Part shown: positions 1 through 8,351 of the stretch, piece after piece
How positions within the stretch are numbered: the stretch's first letter is position 1
Layout: every line of letters starts with the position of its first letter
From: an uncultured Eubacterium sp.
Lineage (GTDB): Bacteria > Bacillota > Clostridia > Lachnospirales > Lachnospiraceae
Length of the DNA: 64,000 bases
NCBI GenBank assembly: GCA_948579355.1
Contig: CAPAOV010000003.1
Coordinates: forward strand, 72,693-136,692
Reading direction: 5' to 3'
Notes under the pieces: model-generated
The model's input: the letters and a program-made list of their open reading frames with translations, nothing else
Told to the model about the DNA's origin: nothing
Database searches by the model: none
Position numbers and translations under genes: made by a program

Positions 1-37
1 CTTTTTCGGCCTTAGCTCCACATTCCATACATACCAT
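1..37 (-). CDS. Partial CDS (first 12 codons). CxxC zinc-finger N-terminus of the kind seen in MqsA/YgiT-type antitoxins. Continues past the window start.
   Basis: Minus-strand ATG at 35-37, 2 nt after the stop of the DUF4258 ORF. Reads MVCMECGAKAEK. Only 12 aa are visible, so the family call is weak. Confidence 0.3.
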   Translation of the reverse strand, partial: MVCMECGAKAEK

Positions 38-39
38 GA

Positions 40-354
40 TTAACGCCCCTTTCTTGTTTTAAAATCATTTTCCCACATATCAGTGTCAGGAAAGTATGCA
101 GTTATCAAATATATAAAATCTATATCACAACTTAATACTATATGGATATATTCGGATTCTACAGAAAATCCTAATACCAAACAGCTTGATAATGGTTTAT
201 CATCTTCATATTGTTTAATAATTTCACCTGTATTAATACCGTTTACAATATCATCAATACTTATATTCCTCTCATAAAGACGGATACGTGCATGTTCTGT
301 TATCGCCATATTTTCAATCTTATTTAATGCTTTTAACTGCTCCATCGTTATCAT
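40..354 (-). CDS. DUF4258-family small protein (toxin-like partner of a two-gene module)
   Basis: 104-aa ORF. The ITEHARIRLYERNISIDDI ... ITAYFPD..W layout matches DUF4258 as I remember it. Tightly coupled to the downstream zinc-finger ORF. Confidence 0.7.
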   Translation of the reverse strand: MITMEQLKALNKIENMAITEHARIRLYERNISIDDIVNGINTGEIIKQYEDDKPLSSCLVLGFSVESEYIHIVLSCDIDFIYLITAYFPDTDMWENDFKTRKGR

Positions 355-482
355 TTTTCACCAACTTTTCTATTGATATTCCTATTGTAACAGATTATCC
401 AACCTTTTAAAACCCTTTTTCAACTTATCCATACCTCTAAAGTAACTTATAACAGGGAACTTTCCGCACAATCAAAAGGCAA

Positions 483-515
483 AGAGAGGACTGCTGCCTC
501 CCAACAACCCTCTCT
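483..515 (-). terminator. Candidate terminator hairpin downstream of rubrerythrin
   Basis: AGAGAGG (483-489) pairs with CCTCTCT (509-515). On the minus strand it is followed by a T-rich tract. The loop is long, so confidence is modest. Confidence 0.35.
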
Positions 516-526
516 CAGTATTTGGT

Positions 527-1072
527 TTAGTAATTCTCTGCATGTACCTCAAAATAGCTCTGTGGATGATTACACACCGAACACACTTCCGGAGCATTCG
601 TTCCCACGATAATATGTCCGCAATTTCTGCACTCCCACACCTTGACTTCACTTTTGGCAAATACCGCTGCCGTTTCTACATTTTTCAGAAGCGCACGATA
701 TCTCTCCTCGTGATGTTTCTCTATCTCTCCTACTTTGCGGAACTTATCAGCCAATTCCGGAAATCCCTCTTCCTCGGCTGTCTTTGCAAAGCTTTCATAC
801 ATATCTGTCCACTCATAGTTTTCTCCCTCAGCGGCAGCTTCCAGATTTTGCGCTGTGTCACCGATTCCCTGTAGTTCCTTAAACCAAAGTTTTGCGTGTT
901 CCTTTTCGTTGTCAGCCGTTTTCAGAAACAGGGAAGCGATTTGCTCATATCCCTCTTTTTTTGCCACAGAGGCAAAATAAGTATACTTATTCCTCGCCTG
1001 TGATTCCCCTGCAAATGCAGCTTGCAAATTTTTCTCTGTCTTTGTTCCGGCATATTGATTTGATTTTGCCAT
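527..1072 (-). CDS. rbr: Rubrerythrin (intact copy)
   Basis: N-terminal ferritin-like di-iron region (two ExxH-type motifs) plus a C-terminal rubredoxin-like CxxC...CxxC (WECRNCGH...CSVCNHP). ATG at 1072 lies behind GGAGAGAG. The ORF-track start at 1099 is probably too far upstream. Confidence 0.92.
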   Translation of the reverse strand: MAKSNQYAGTKTEKNLQAAFAGESQARNKYTYFASVAKKEGYEQIASLFLKTADNEKEHAKLWFKELQGIGDTAQNLEAAAEGENYEWTDMYESFAKTAEEEGFPELADKFRKVGEIEKHHEERYRALLKNVETAAVFAKSEVKVWECRNCGHIIVGTNAPEVCSVCNHPQSYFEVHAENY

Positions 1073-1174
1073 CGTTCTCTCTCCTTTCGCATGAAACATT
1101 TTAAATTTTATTCTGCAAATTTCATCCCTAATTCTTTTATCTCAGGTATGAAGTTAATCTCCAGTTATTTATAA
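863..1174. repeat. Direct repeat copy A (rbr 5' coding part + promoter region + 3' tip of the neighbouring gene)
   Basis: Aligns by hand to 8923-8944 + 9083-9372 with 7 substitutions and no indels apart from the MITE insertion in copy B. Confidence 0.9.
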
Positions 1175-1196
1175 GCGTGAACACTTACACTGATGC

Positions 1197-1424
1197 CTAT
1201 AACTGGCTACAAAATTTATTTTCTATAAAATATTCCAGTAATTTACCATACATATCCTGTGCAGACAAACAAGTATCTAGCAAATATCCCTGCTCATTCT
1301 CAACTTCTTTTAATCCTCTGTAATAATAAAGTTTATGCCGTTCGTCAACAATAAATGGAATTACGTTATTTTTTAAACATTCTTTGAACATTATTAAAGG
1401 TCCTACTCTGCCATTACCATTAGC
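1197..1424 (-). pseudogene. Fic-family C-terminal fragment (truncated inside the Fic motif)
   Basis: The frame reads (stop)ANGNGRVGPLIMFKECLKNNVIPFIVDERHKLYYYRGLKE. That is the GNGRxxR half of HxFx(D/E)GNGRxxR and the following helix, with a stop directly upstream. Confidence 0.65.
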
Positions 1425-1459
1425 TCATATCAAGTATAGGACAATATTTTTTATATATT

Positions 1460-1720
1460 TTATCTCATTTCTTTGTTTTCTTCATGAATATCTTCTATCC
1501 TATTTTTATATATTTTGATAATCTGTCTTATTGTTCCCTTAAAATATTCCCTCAACCACTCATACTTTTCTCGAACTCCTATATCCTTATTTTTCATACC
1601 ATTATAAATCAATTCCTGAATTTTGCTCAATGTGTCTTGTATAAAATTTGTACAAACATATTTATCCATTACATATACATCTTTTTTAGATGCTTGTACC
1701 ATTTGGCATCCAACGCTCAT
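1460..1720 (-). CDS. Hypothetical protein. The reading frame stays open upstream to about 1945 without an ATG.
   Basis: 86-aa ORF from the track. The same frame continues upstream as ...SKYPRITIRKNALETIQLWDEEEFENKFKDYTWFDNEKVVLFPQDVEKDFYDNELAYIKRDSDGITYIDY. The true gene is therefore probably longer (non-ATG start or frameshift). Confidence 0.5.
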   Translation of the reverse strand: MSVGCQMVQASKKDVYVMDKYVCTNFIQDTLSKIQELIYNGMKNKDIGVREKYEWLREYFKGTIRQIIKIYKNRIEDIHEENKEMR

Positions 1721-1959
1721 GTAATCAATATATGTAATGCCATCAGAATCTCTTTTTATATATGCAAGCTCATTATCATAAAAATCTTTTTCTACATCTT
1801 GTGGGAATAGAACTACTTTTTCATTGTCAAACCAAGTATAATCCTTGAATTTATTTTCAAATTCTTCTTCGTCCCATAATTGTATTGTTTCCAGTGCATT
1901 CTTTCTTATTGTTATTCTTGGATATTTTGAAACTTCACTTTCCAGTCCATTTTATCAAG

Positions 1960-2409
1960 CTACTGCTCCACATACTGCCTGATTTCTTCCGAAAGCTGTT
2001 CATCCTCCCACCATCCCCAACCGTATGCAAGGCGTATTTCCTTATCAATGCTATATGCACCTCCGATGACAACCGTCTTTAGTCCATCCAGTTCAAAAAT
2101 TTCCCCGTCTTTTGCAAACAGTATGTTTGGATATTCTTTTTCCACATATACTGTACCGCCATGCCACTCTGTTTCCTCATATGAGGGAATGGCATATGGC
2201 CTTTTTTTATGGTTTCCATGTATGCAGAACAGTGTTATCAGCATTGCTGCTATGTAATCTTTCTTTATCTGATCCTTAAAACCGCCGCTAAAGTTGATAC
2301 CCGCATCTCCAAGTATAATCATTATGTCATCCACAGATGTTTCAAATCTCACACAAAAATCAAATATGCGCTGGAAATCCCCATGTGCATCCCCTGTAAT
2401 ATAAATCAT
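1960..2409 (-). CDS. Metallophosphoesterase (calcineurin-like), short form
   Basis: GDAHGD, GDAG and GNH motifs in the canonical order. Confidence 0.75.
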   Translation of the reverse strand: MIYITGDAHGDFQRIFDFCVRFETSVDDIMIILGDAGINFSGGFKDQIKKDYIAAMLITLFCIHGNHKKRPYAIPSYEETEWHGGTVYVEKEYPNILFAKDGEIFELDGLKTVVIGGAYSIDKEIRLAYGWGWWEDEQLSEEIRQYVEQ

Positions 2410-2519
2410 AACACTCTGCCTCCTTTCCGGGCAGTATAACCACTAACCATTACAGCATATTATTACCATGGTATGATGTTATAGAAAAAACTTATCATAT
2501 AAAAAATATTAACAGTCCG

Positions 2520-3680
2520 TTATCTCAGAATCTCCCTAATATACCGCTCATAACAATAGACTCTATACCTCTGCTTGTTTGAAATTTCCTTTATCAAGTC
2601 ATGTTTTTCTAAAATAGCAACTAACTTCGCAGCGGTATTATATGCTGTATGAAACTCCTGCTCGATATCACGAATGACAAAAACTGGATTTTCTTCCATA
2701 AATGCAGATATCTCCTGCAATAAAGATTTTTGTTTTTCATTTTTGATAGAAATCAAGGTATTCTTATGAATCTGTTCCAACTGAATAATCGCCTGATTTG
2801 TTTTGGCAGCCGCCATTTCCACAACATGTATAAAAAATGAAATCCATTTACTATAATCTCCACTTTCCCTAACTTGACGCATTGCCGACTTCCGCTCTGC
2901 ATCCTGCTCTACAAAATATCTGGCAAATGGAATGTAATAATCACTTCCCATACCTTTCTGTTTCAAAAAGAAGTTTAATAAAATGCTGACCCAAATTTCA
3001 TTATCCTCCTCATACGGCATAATTGTCAAGAACTGATACGCCAGAAGTCCCGCTTTTATAATCGGATCTATCCTTATAGCTTCATTCCAATATAGTTCTA
3101 AATCCCGCATCAACTCAGGAACTTGTTCCGGTGTTGGTGGATTATACTCCAACAAACTTACTTTCTTAAATTTTGAATTTTCCCATATCTGATTCCGCCG
3201 AAATGTCGCATTCTGATATTTTATTTCAAATTTTCCCCTAAGAATATTACTGCAAATGCGGTCTTTATGTTCTTCCATACATTCATATAAAATCTTTTTT
3301 CTGAAAATATCTTCTGATATCCGAATACTAAATACATCTGCTAATTGTATCTCTATGTCATCATTTTCCAAAACAGAAATGCATTCCTGTTTATAAAGCT
3401 GTCTGTTTCTAGCTTTGAAATCTGTTTCATAAAAGCTAATCCCCTGCATTTTCCCGATTTCTCTATAAATGATGTTTATCCGATGTCCCCATTCATCTAC
3501 TAAAAATGGCTGCTCATCTACGTGTTGTAATGGAGCAGGAATATAAGTGCGATAATATAATCTGCTGTGCGCTTCTTGTACTCCTACAGCATTACGAATA
3601 ATTTCATATTTTCCGGCATTATTCTTTTCCATACGCCGCTTTGCTTCGTCATAACACGTATGTCTGTCAATATTTTCCAT
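2520..3680 (-). CDS. Fic-family protein with a degenerate (probably inactive) Fic motif and a C-terminal winged-helix region
   Basis: Fic-like helical layout. MPYEEDNEIWVS sits where HPFxDGNGRxxR is expected. Confidence 0.6.
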   Translation of the reverse strand: MENIDRHTCYDEAKRRMEKNNAGKYEIIRNAVGVQEAHSRLYYRTYIPAPLQHVDEQPFLVDEWGHRINIIYREIGKMQGISFYETDFKARNRQLYKQECISVLENDDIEIQLADVFSIRISEDIFRKKILYECMEEHKDRICSNILRGKFEIKYQNATFRRNQIWENSKFKKVSLLEYNPPTPEQVPELMRDLELYWNEAIRIDPIIKAGLLAYQFLTIMPYEEDNEIWVSILLNFFLKQKGMGSDYYIPFARYFVEQDAERKSAMRQVRESGDYSKWISFFIHVVEMAAAKTNQAIIQLEQIHKNTLISIKNEKQKSLLQEISAFMEENPVFVIRDIEQEFHTAYNTAAKLVAILEKHDLIKEISNKQRYRVYCYERYIREILR

Positions 3681-3688
3681 AACATAAA

Positions 3689-3808
3689 CTACTCCTGTTT
3701 CCTTTCAATCCCTTCCAAGGTAAAATAACTTCCAAATAATGCTTTTCTATCCAAATTGTAATAAGCTATTTTTCTTTCTATACTTCTTCCACCTTCATTT
3801 TTCTCCAT
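3689..3808 (-). CDS. Small ORF (39 aa) coupled to the degenerate Fic gene
   Basis: Not in the ORF track (<60 aa). AGGAG lies 7 nt before the ATG at 3808. The stop is 8 nt before the Fic start. Sequence: MEKNEGGRSIERKIAYYNLDRKALFGSYFTLEGIERKQE. Confidence 0.35.
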   Translation of the reverse strand: MEKNEGGRSIERKIAYYNLDRKALFGSYFTLEGIERKQE

Positions 3809-3859
3809 ATACACACTCCTGTTAATGATTCGTTTTTATCCTGTTTTCATTATATCATT

Positions 3860-4583
3860 TTATTTGAATTTGTCAATAAAATTTGAAATAAAAAAAATAT
3901 CAAGCTCTTTTATTTTTATCTTTGCTTGACATTTTAATTTTATAATCATTTGTCCTATACTGTGCTTCCCCTCCTGAAACGAATGTATTTTTTCAAAATG
4001 ATAATGAAATTCTACGATATCATCAAAAGTTACTATATCTTTCTGCTGATATTCAAATAATAAGCGTTGCATTTCCTTTTTCACTCTGCTAGGTGGAATC
4101 GTTTTTGAATCACCTACCATATTAGAACATTGTTTATAGTCTCCAACATTAAACCATTCAAGACGGCTATCGGATGTATTAGATTTCAATATCAGATAAA
4201 TTTTCTTTATTATAGTTTCTGTTAATATATCTTGTCTGCTCCTCTGTAAGTTTGCTGGCTTCCATATGATTAGAATTATATGCGAGTTCCATCTGTGTGT
4301 GGTAATATATTCCCCCTTTTAATCGTATCCTTTTTTGTTCTCTCAACCGATATAACAAAGTCGTTTTGTCAACTTCCTTTTTCATTTCCATAATATCTCT
4401 CGGTTGACAGTTTAGAAAACTACAAATATCCTCTATTACTTTCCTGACTACCGGTTCATTTTTCGATAATTTTGCAAGAGTGGCCGTAGAAACTTTTATA
4501 TTTTCTCTTAACCCAGTTTTTGTAACTTCTCTTTGTTCCAATATTTCAGACAATTTATTATAAGAAATCTTCAAAACATTCAC
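3860..4583 (-). pseudogene. HTH(XRE)-Fic fusion gene, frameshifted and with a degenerate Fic motif
   Basis: ORFs 4179-4583 (HTH, then the AYNSNHMEASKLT Fic N-terminal helix) and 3860-4189 (FHYHFEKIHSFQEGKHSIGQ in place of HPFxDGNGRxGR) overlap by 11 nt in different frames. Confidence 0.6.
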
Positions 4584-4677
4584 ATCCTCGCAGTGAGAAC
4601 TCCTGCTCTTCTAAGATTTGTTGCAATACTCTAATTTTGTCCTATTCTTAATCTTACAAAACCCACCATAAACAGAC

Positions 4678-5829
4678 TCAATATTCACTTGACAAACATC
4701 TGAATGCATATGCTAATTTCTTCGCCAAACTTGCCTCTGTTGTATCATTACATGTAAAAACAATATCTTCGTATCTGGTGCTAATCCATATTAACTTTTC
4801 TTTTACTGTTTCATCTGAAACTTCTTTAAAACTAATATATTCTAATTGATATTCAATTGACTTTACATAATAATATATTATCACATCATCAGGATAGCCA
4901 TAGTAAAACGCAATTAAAGCAAATAAGTGATAATCATTTGCAAGCAACAATGCCAAACTTGCTTTTGGCATTGTTGAATAAAAATTTGAACGGGTATTAG
5001 TATCATCTAATCTTTCAGATATAGGAATATTTTTCCCCTTTTTGTTCTTTTGTCTATTTGAAATAGCATTTATTTCATTCTTTTCCAATTCATTTGCTTC
5101 TTGATCAAATACATTCTTGTTTTTTTCTTTGTGCTTATTCCTAGTCAGACAACTAACTTTTAATAAAATGTCTTCCTCATTGTCCCAAGATTCAATCTTA
5201 TATTGTCCATCCAAAAAGAAAATGTAATTTGAAATATCTTTTGACAACATAATCTTTGATGCGCACTCATAATCTGCTTGTGTCACCACTATATGATTAA
5301 AAATCTCTAACAATTTTGAATTCTGTTTTTCCAGCCATTCTTGTTCCTCTGTCTCTAATCTTTTAGGTTCGTGTATATCAGGAGATGCATTAGGCGATTT
5401 ATACGAATCTATTTTACTAACTGTCGATGGATTCATTAATGCGCAAAATGCTGCCGATATATTTTCATTTAAATTAAAATATAGAACACATCCTCCTAAT
5501 ATTGAACTTATAGCCAAAACAACAACACATCTTGTCAAAAATTCATATTTAATTATAAAATACTTTTTCATCTTTTTTTCAATAAAATTTTCAACAAGAG
5601 GAAAAGAAAATACTACACTAATTATTTTTCCAAAAGATATTGCGCAAACAAATCCTATAATAAAAATCGCAATATATACTAGCAATCTTGCATAAATTTT
5701 CCGTGTAATACTTTTTATCTCTTTACGTCTTGATTCATTCCTTATATTTTTTTCTTTACTAGCTACCTTAGCATTATCTCCATTTTTTAAAAACGCAGTT
5801 CGAGAATCACATTCTTTATTCATATTCAA
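4678..5829 (-). CDS. Hypothetical membrane protein (basic N-terminus, 2-3 TM helices, about 250-aa C-terminal domain of unknown function)
   Basis: 383-aa ORF. Hydrophobic stretches LLVYIAIFIIGFVCAISFGKIISVVF and CVVVLAISSILGGCVLYF. No motif recognised. Confidence 0.6.
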   Translation of the reverse strand: MNMNKECDSRTAFLKNGDNAKVASKEKNIRNESRRKEIKSITRKIYARLLVYIAIFIIGFVCAISFGKIISVVFSFPLVENFIEKKMKKYFIIKYEFLTRCVVVLAISSILGGCVLYFNLNENISAAFCALMNPSTVSKIDSYKSPNASPDIHEPKRLETEEQEWLEKQNSKLLEIFNHIVVTQADYECASKIMLSKDISNYIFFLDGQYKIESWDNEEDILLKVSCLTRNKHKEKNKNVFDQEANELEKNEINAISNRQKNKKGKNIPISERLDDTNTRSNFYSTMPKASLALLLANDYHLFALIAFYYGYPDDVIIYYYVKSIEYQLEYISFKEVSDETVKEKLIWISTRYEDIVFTCNDTTEASLAKKLAYAFRCLSSEY

Positions 5830-5856
5830 GTGATTCCCTCCTTTTCGTATATGTGT

Positions 5857-6738
5857 CTAAGAACATATTATCCGTGTTATCATCGCTGCAAGCTCCATTT
5901 TATCGGGCATATAGCCACACAAAATGCGATAAATATCATCCTGAGATTGCCCACTTTTTTTAAGTATTTCCAAAAATTTTGCTACGCCCTCACAGCATAT
6001 TTCCCATTGTTTTTCCTTAACTATAACGTCTGCCTCTTCTAATTGTCCTTTTGCAAGATTCTCCAAAACTGTAAACACACTTAATACATTAGTCTTATCT
6101 TCTAATAAATTTAAAATTGGCAGGAGCAAAAAGAACCTTTCCAAGAAACGATCAATCCAATTTCTCAAAATATTAGATTGGATAAGTTGTAATGCCTTAT
6201 CCAAGTATACCTCATTATTCATTATTATCAGTTTTTCCAAACAATACATATATTTTAAAAACTTATCTACATCTTCTAACGTGCTATTGTTATTAATACA
6301 AAAATTCAAGCGCAATAAAGTATCTTCCATCAGAATCTCTCCGTCTTCATCTGCTTTATCTTGAAAATATCTATAGGTTCTTCTTGCTTCTTGCAACAGA
6401 TATGCACTATTAGCACAAATTATGTTCTCGTCTTTTTGTACTTTGCTTTTTCCACTAAGATACTGCATATAAGCTACACCAATAGCTGAAAGCGAATAAT
6501 ATTTCCTAACACCTCTGCTATCACAATGCAAAAGCTTGTATTTGAATTGTTCAAATTTTAACAAGATATTTGATACGGATGAAACTGTAGAATTTATGCT
6601 CTCTGCCAACTGACCTTGGGTTATTTCGCCTTCAGTAAACAGAACTCGCATGATTTGTTCGCGTTTTCTAAACACAAACTTATCGATTTCATGTATCTGT
6701 TTTTCACTTAGTTCTAATTCAGTAGCTTTATCCTCCAT
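5857..6738 (-). CDS. Winged-helix (MarR/ArsR-like) DNA-binding protein with a long helical C-terminal domain
   Basis: The wHTH-like segment is GEITQGQLAESINSTVSSVSNILLKFEQ...YYSLSAIG. ATG at 6738 lies behind AAGAGGTGA. Confidence 0.6.
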   Translation of the reverse strand: MEDKATELELSEKQIHEIDKFVFRKREQIMRVLFTEGEITQGQLAESINSTVSSVSNILLKFEQFKYKLLHCDSRGVRKYYSLSAIGVAYMQYLSGKSKVQKDENIICANSAYLLQEARRTYRYFQDKADEDGEILMEDTLLRLNFCINNNSTLEDVDKFLKYMYCLEKLIIMNNEVYLDKALQLIQSNILRNWIDRFLERFFLLLPILNLLEDKTNVLSVFTVLENLAKGQLEEADVIVKEKQWEICCEGVAKFLEILKKSGQSQDDIYRILCGYMPDKMELAAMITRIICS

Positions 6739-7098
6739 AAAATCTGTCACCTCTTTAAATAAACATATCACATTTATTGAAACTTTGCAACATTTTATTC
6801 ACTTTTAGTAATCAATTATTCATTTTATATCACTTTTATTATAAAAAAATGAAATAGTATATTGTTTCAAAAAATATTATGAACAGCAAAAGACATTGCA
6901 AAACAATACTGTTTTGACAAAGAAATATTAATTAGACTCTACCAAAATAGTATTTATCTTACATACGCTGATAAATTTTATAGTCTTCTACATGTATCTA
7001 CTAATTATTTACCTTTTAAAAAGAAATAATTACATACAATCAAATTCAATTTCTATATATAAAAAGACCGTCTCCATTTTAGTGAGCAATTAGTCGGC

Positions 7099-7218
7099 AC
7101 ATACAGAAAAGAAAACGATTATCTAATCCCATGCTTAACTGTACCTGCCCAAGAGGAACAGTCGATAGACACATGGGGACGACGGCATAAGGGTTTGCTC
7201 GAGGGAGATTGTGAATGA
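7099..7218 (+). pseudogene. Remnant of a TnpV-like transposon gene (N-terminal about 40 codons)
   Basis: Reads TYRKENDYLIPCLTVPAQEEQSIDTWGRRHKGLLEGDCE(stop). It resembles the conserved GDYLIPxLxLPxxEE..IG.WG.RH N-terminus of TnpV proteins of clostridial mobilisable/conjugative transposons. Confidence 0.45.
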
Positions 7219-7238
7219 GGAAATCATTTACATATAGG

Positions 7239-7279
7239 CACAACACGACGGCAGAGAGAATTTTTGCCGTCGTGTTGTG
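7239..7279. terminator. Strong 15-bp hairpin (terminator-like, no flanking U-tract)
   Basis: CACAACACGACGGCA (7239-7253) pairs perfectly with TGCCGTCGTGTTGTG (7265-7279). Confidence 0.4.
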
Positions 7280-7286
7280 TTAGAGA

Positions 7287-7315
7287 TTGACAAAAGTCAC
7301 TGTTTTATTTATAAT
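7287..7315 (+). promoter_or_regulatory. Sigma-70-type promoter of the TetR operon
   Basis: TTGACA (7287-7292), 17-nt spacer, TATAAT (7310-7315). Confidence 0.7.
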
Positions 7316-7349
7316 CAAGTTATATAAATAATTTATATAACTTGATTAT
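7311..7349. promoter_or_regulatory. Perfect 19-1-19 palindrome, putative TetR operator overlapping the -10 box
   Basis: ATAATCAAGTTATATAAAT-a-ATTTATATAACTTGATTAT, checked base by base. Confidence 0.7.
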
Positions 7350-7362
7350 AAGGAGGTACATA

Positions 7363-7932
7363 ATGCCAAAACAAAGAATTACAAAAGAAATGGTGGTTAA
7401 TGCTGCTTTTGAAATTGCAAGAAATAGCGGTATGGAACAAGTTATGGTAAAGAATATTGCCGAAAAAATAGGATGTTCTGTACAGCCCATTTATAGTTAT
7501 TGTAAAAATATGGATGGATTACGGCAAGATGTGGTTGAGCAGGTTAATTGTTTTATACAAAAATATGTAACTACTCACATTAGCAAAAATGACTTGTTCC
7601 GTAGTACAGGAAAAACATATATTCAATTAGCCCAAGAGGAACCACATCTATTTAAGATTTTTATCCTACATCAACGAAAAGGGATTTCTTCCTTAAATGA
7701 TTTGTATCAATCGGAAGCCAATCCTCATAATGCTGAAATTATTGCCAGTGAATTAAACATCAGTGTAACGCAGGCAAAACAGTTACATTTGAATATGCTG
7801 ATTTATACGATTGGCATTGGCACTGTTCTTTCTGTAACAACACCGGGAATCTCAGCGAATGAACTATATAAGCAACAAGAACTTGCCTATCAAGCGTTTT
7901 GGAATCAAGCATTGGAATATGAGGGGAAATGA
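7363..7932 (+). CDS. TetR/AcrR-family transcriptional regulator
   Basis: N-terminal TetR HTH (AAFEIARNSGMEQVMVKNIAEKIGCSVQPIYSY). ATG at 7363 lies behind AGGAGG. Confidence 0.85.
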   Translation: MPKQRITKEMVVNAAFEIARNSGMEQVMVKNIAEKIGCSVQPIYSYCKNMDGLRQDVVEQVNCFIQKYVTTHISKNDLFRSTGKTYIQLAQEEPHLFKIFILHQRKGISSLNDLYQSEANPHNAEIIASELNISVTQAKQLHLNMLIYTIGIGTVLSVTTPGISANELYKQQELAYQAFWNQALEYEGK

Positions 7933-8351
7933 TGAAGAAAAAGAAAGTAATCCTAATATTGGTATGCGTAATACTATTTGTTTTGATAAGCGTGAAGGTT
8001 ATGCAAAATACTTTAATTGATAATGTTAATAGCATTACAGTTTCCAATCCAGACATAGCCAAAATTGCAGATGGAACATATGGAGGAGAATATTCTGTTA
8101 CGCCTGTCTATGTTAAGGTGGAGGTACTTGTCATTGGACATGAGATAACTAATATAAAAATTATAGAACACGAAAACGGATTAGGCAAAAAGGCGAAAAA
8201 AATTATTGATGATGTCATTGGCGAGCAATCTCTGGAAGTAGATGCGGTATCTGGTGCTACTGTGAGTAGCAAATGTATTATAAAAGCTATTGAAAACGCA
8301 TTGCAAAGTGAAAACCACAAAAATAATTTTAAAGAAAGGAATTCATTATAG
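7929..8351 (+). CDS. FMN-binding domain protein, membrane-anchored
   Basis: N-terminal TM helix and the VDAVSGATVSS FMN-binding motif. ATGA overlap with the tetR stop. Confidence 0.8.
   Translation: MMKKKKVILILVCVILFVLISVKVMQNTLIDNVNSITVSNPDIAKIADGTYGGEYSVTPVYVKVEVLVIGHEITNIKIIEHENGLGKKAKKIIDDVIGEQSLEVDAVSGATVSSKCIIKAIENALQSENHKNNFKERNSL

Noticed and set aside
892-1104. Near-identical 70-aa plus-strand ORFs at 892-1104 and 9090-9302.
   Set aside because: They are antisense shadows of rubrerythrin and its duplicated 5' fragment. The similarity reflects the DNA repeat, not a protein family.
1100-1195. PerR/Fur-type box (TTATAAATAA-like) upstream of rubrerythrin and its duplicate.
   Set aside because: It is only a partial match to the consensus as I remember it, in very AT-rich DNA. 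It is not distinguishable from background.
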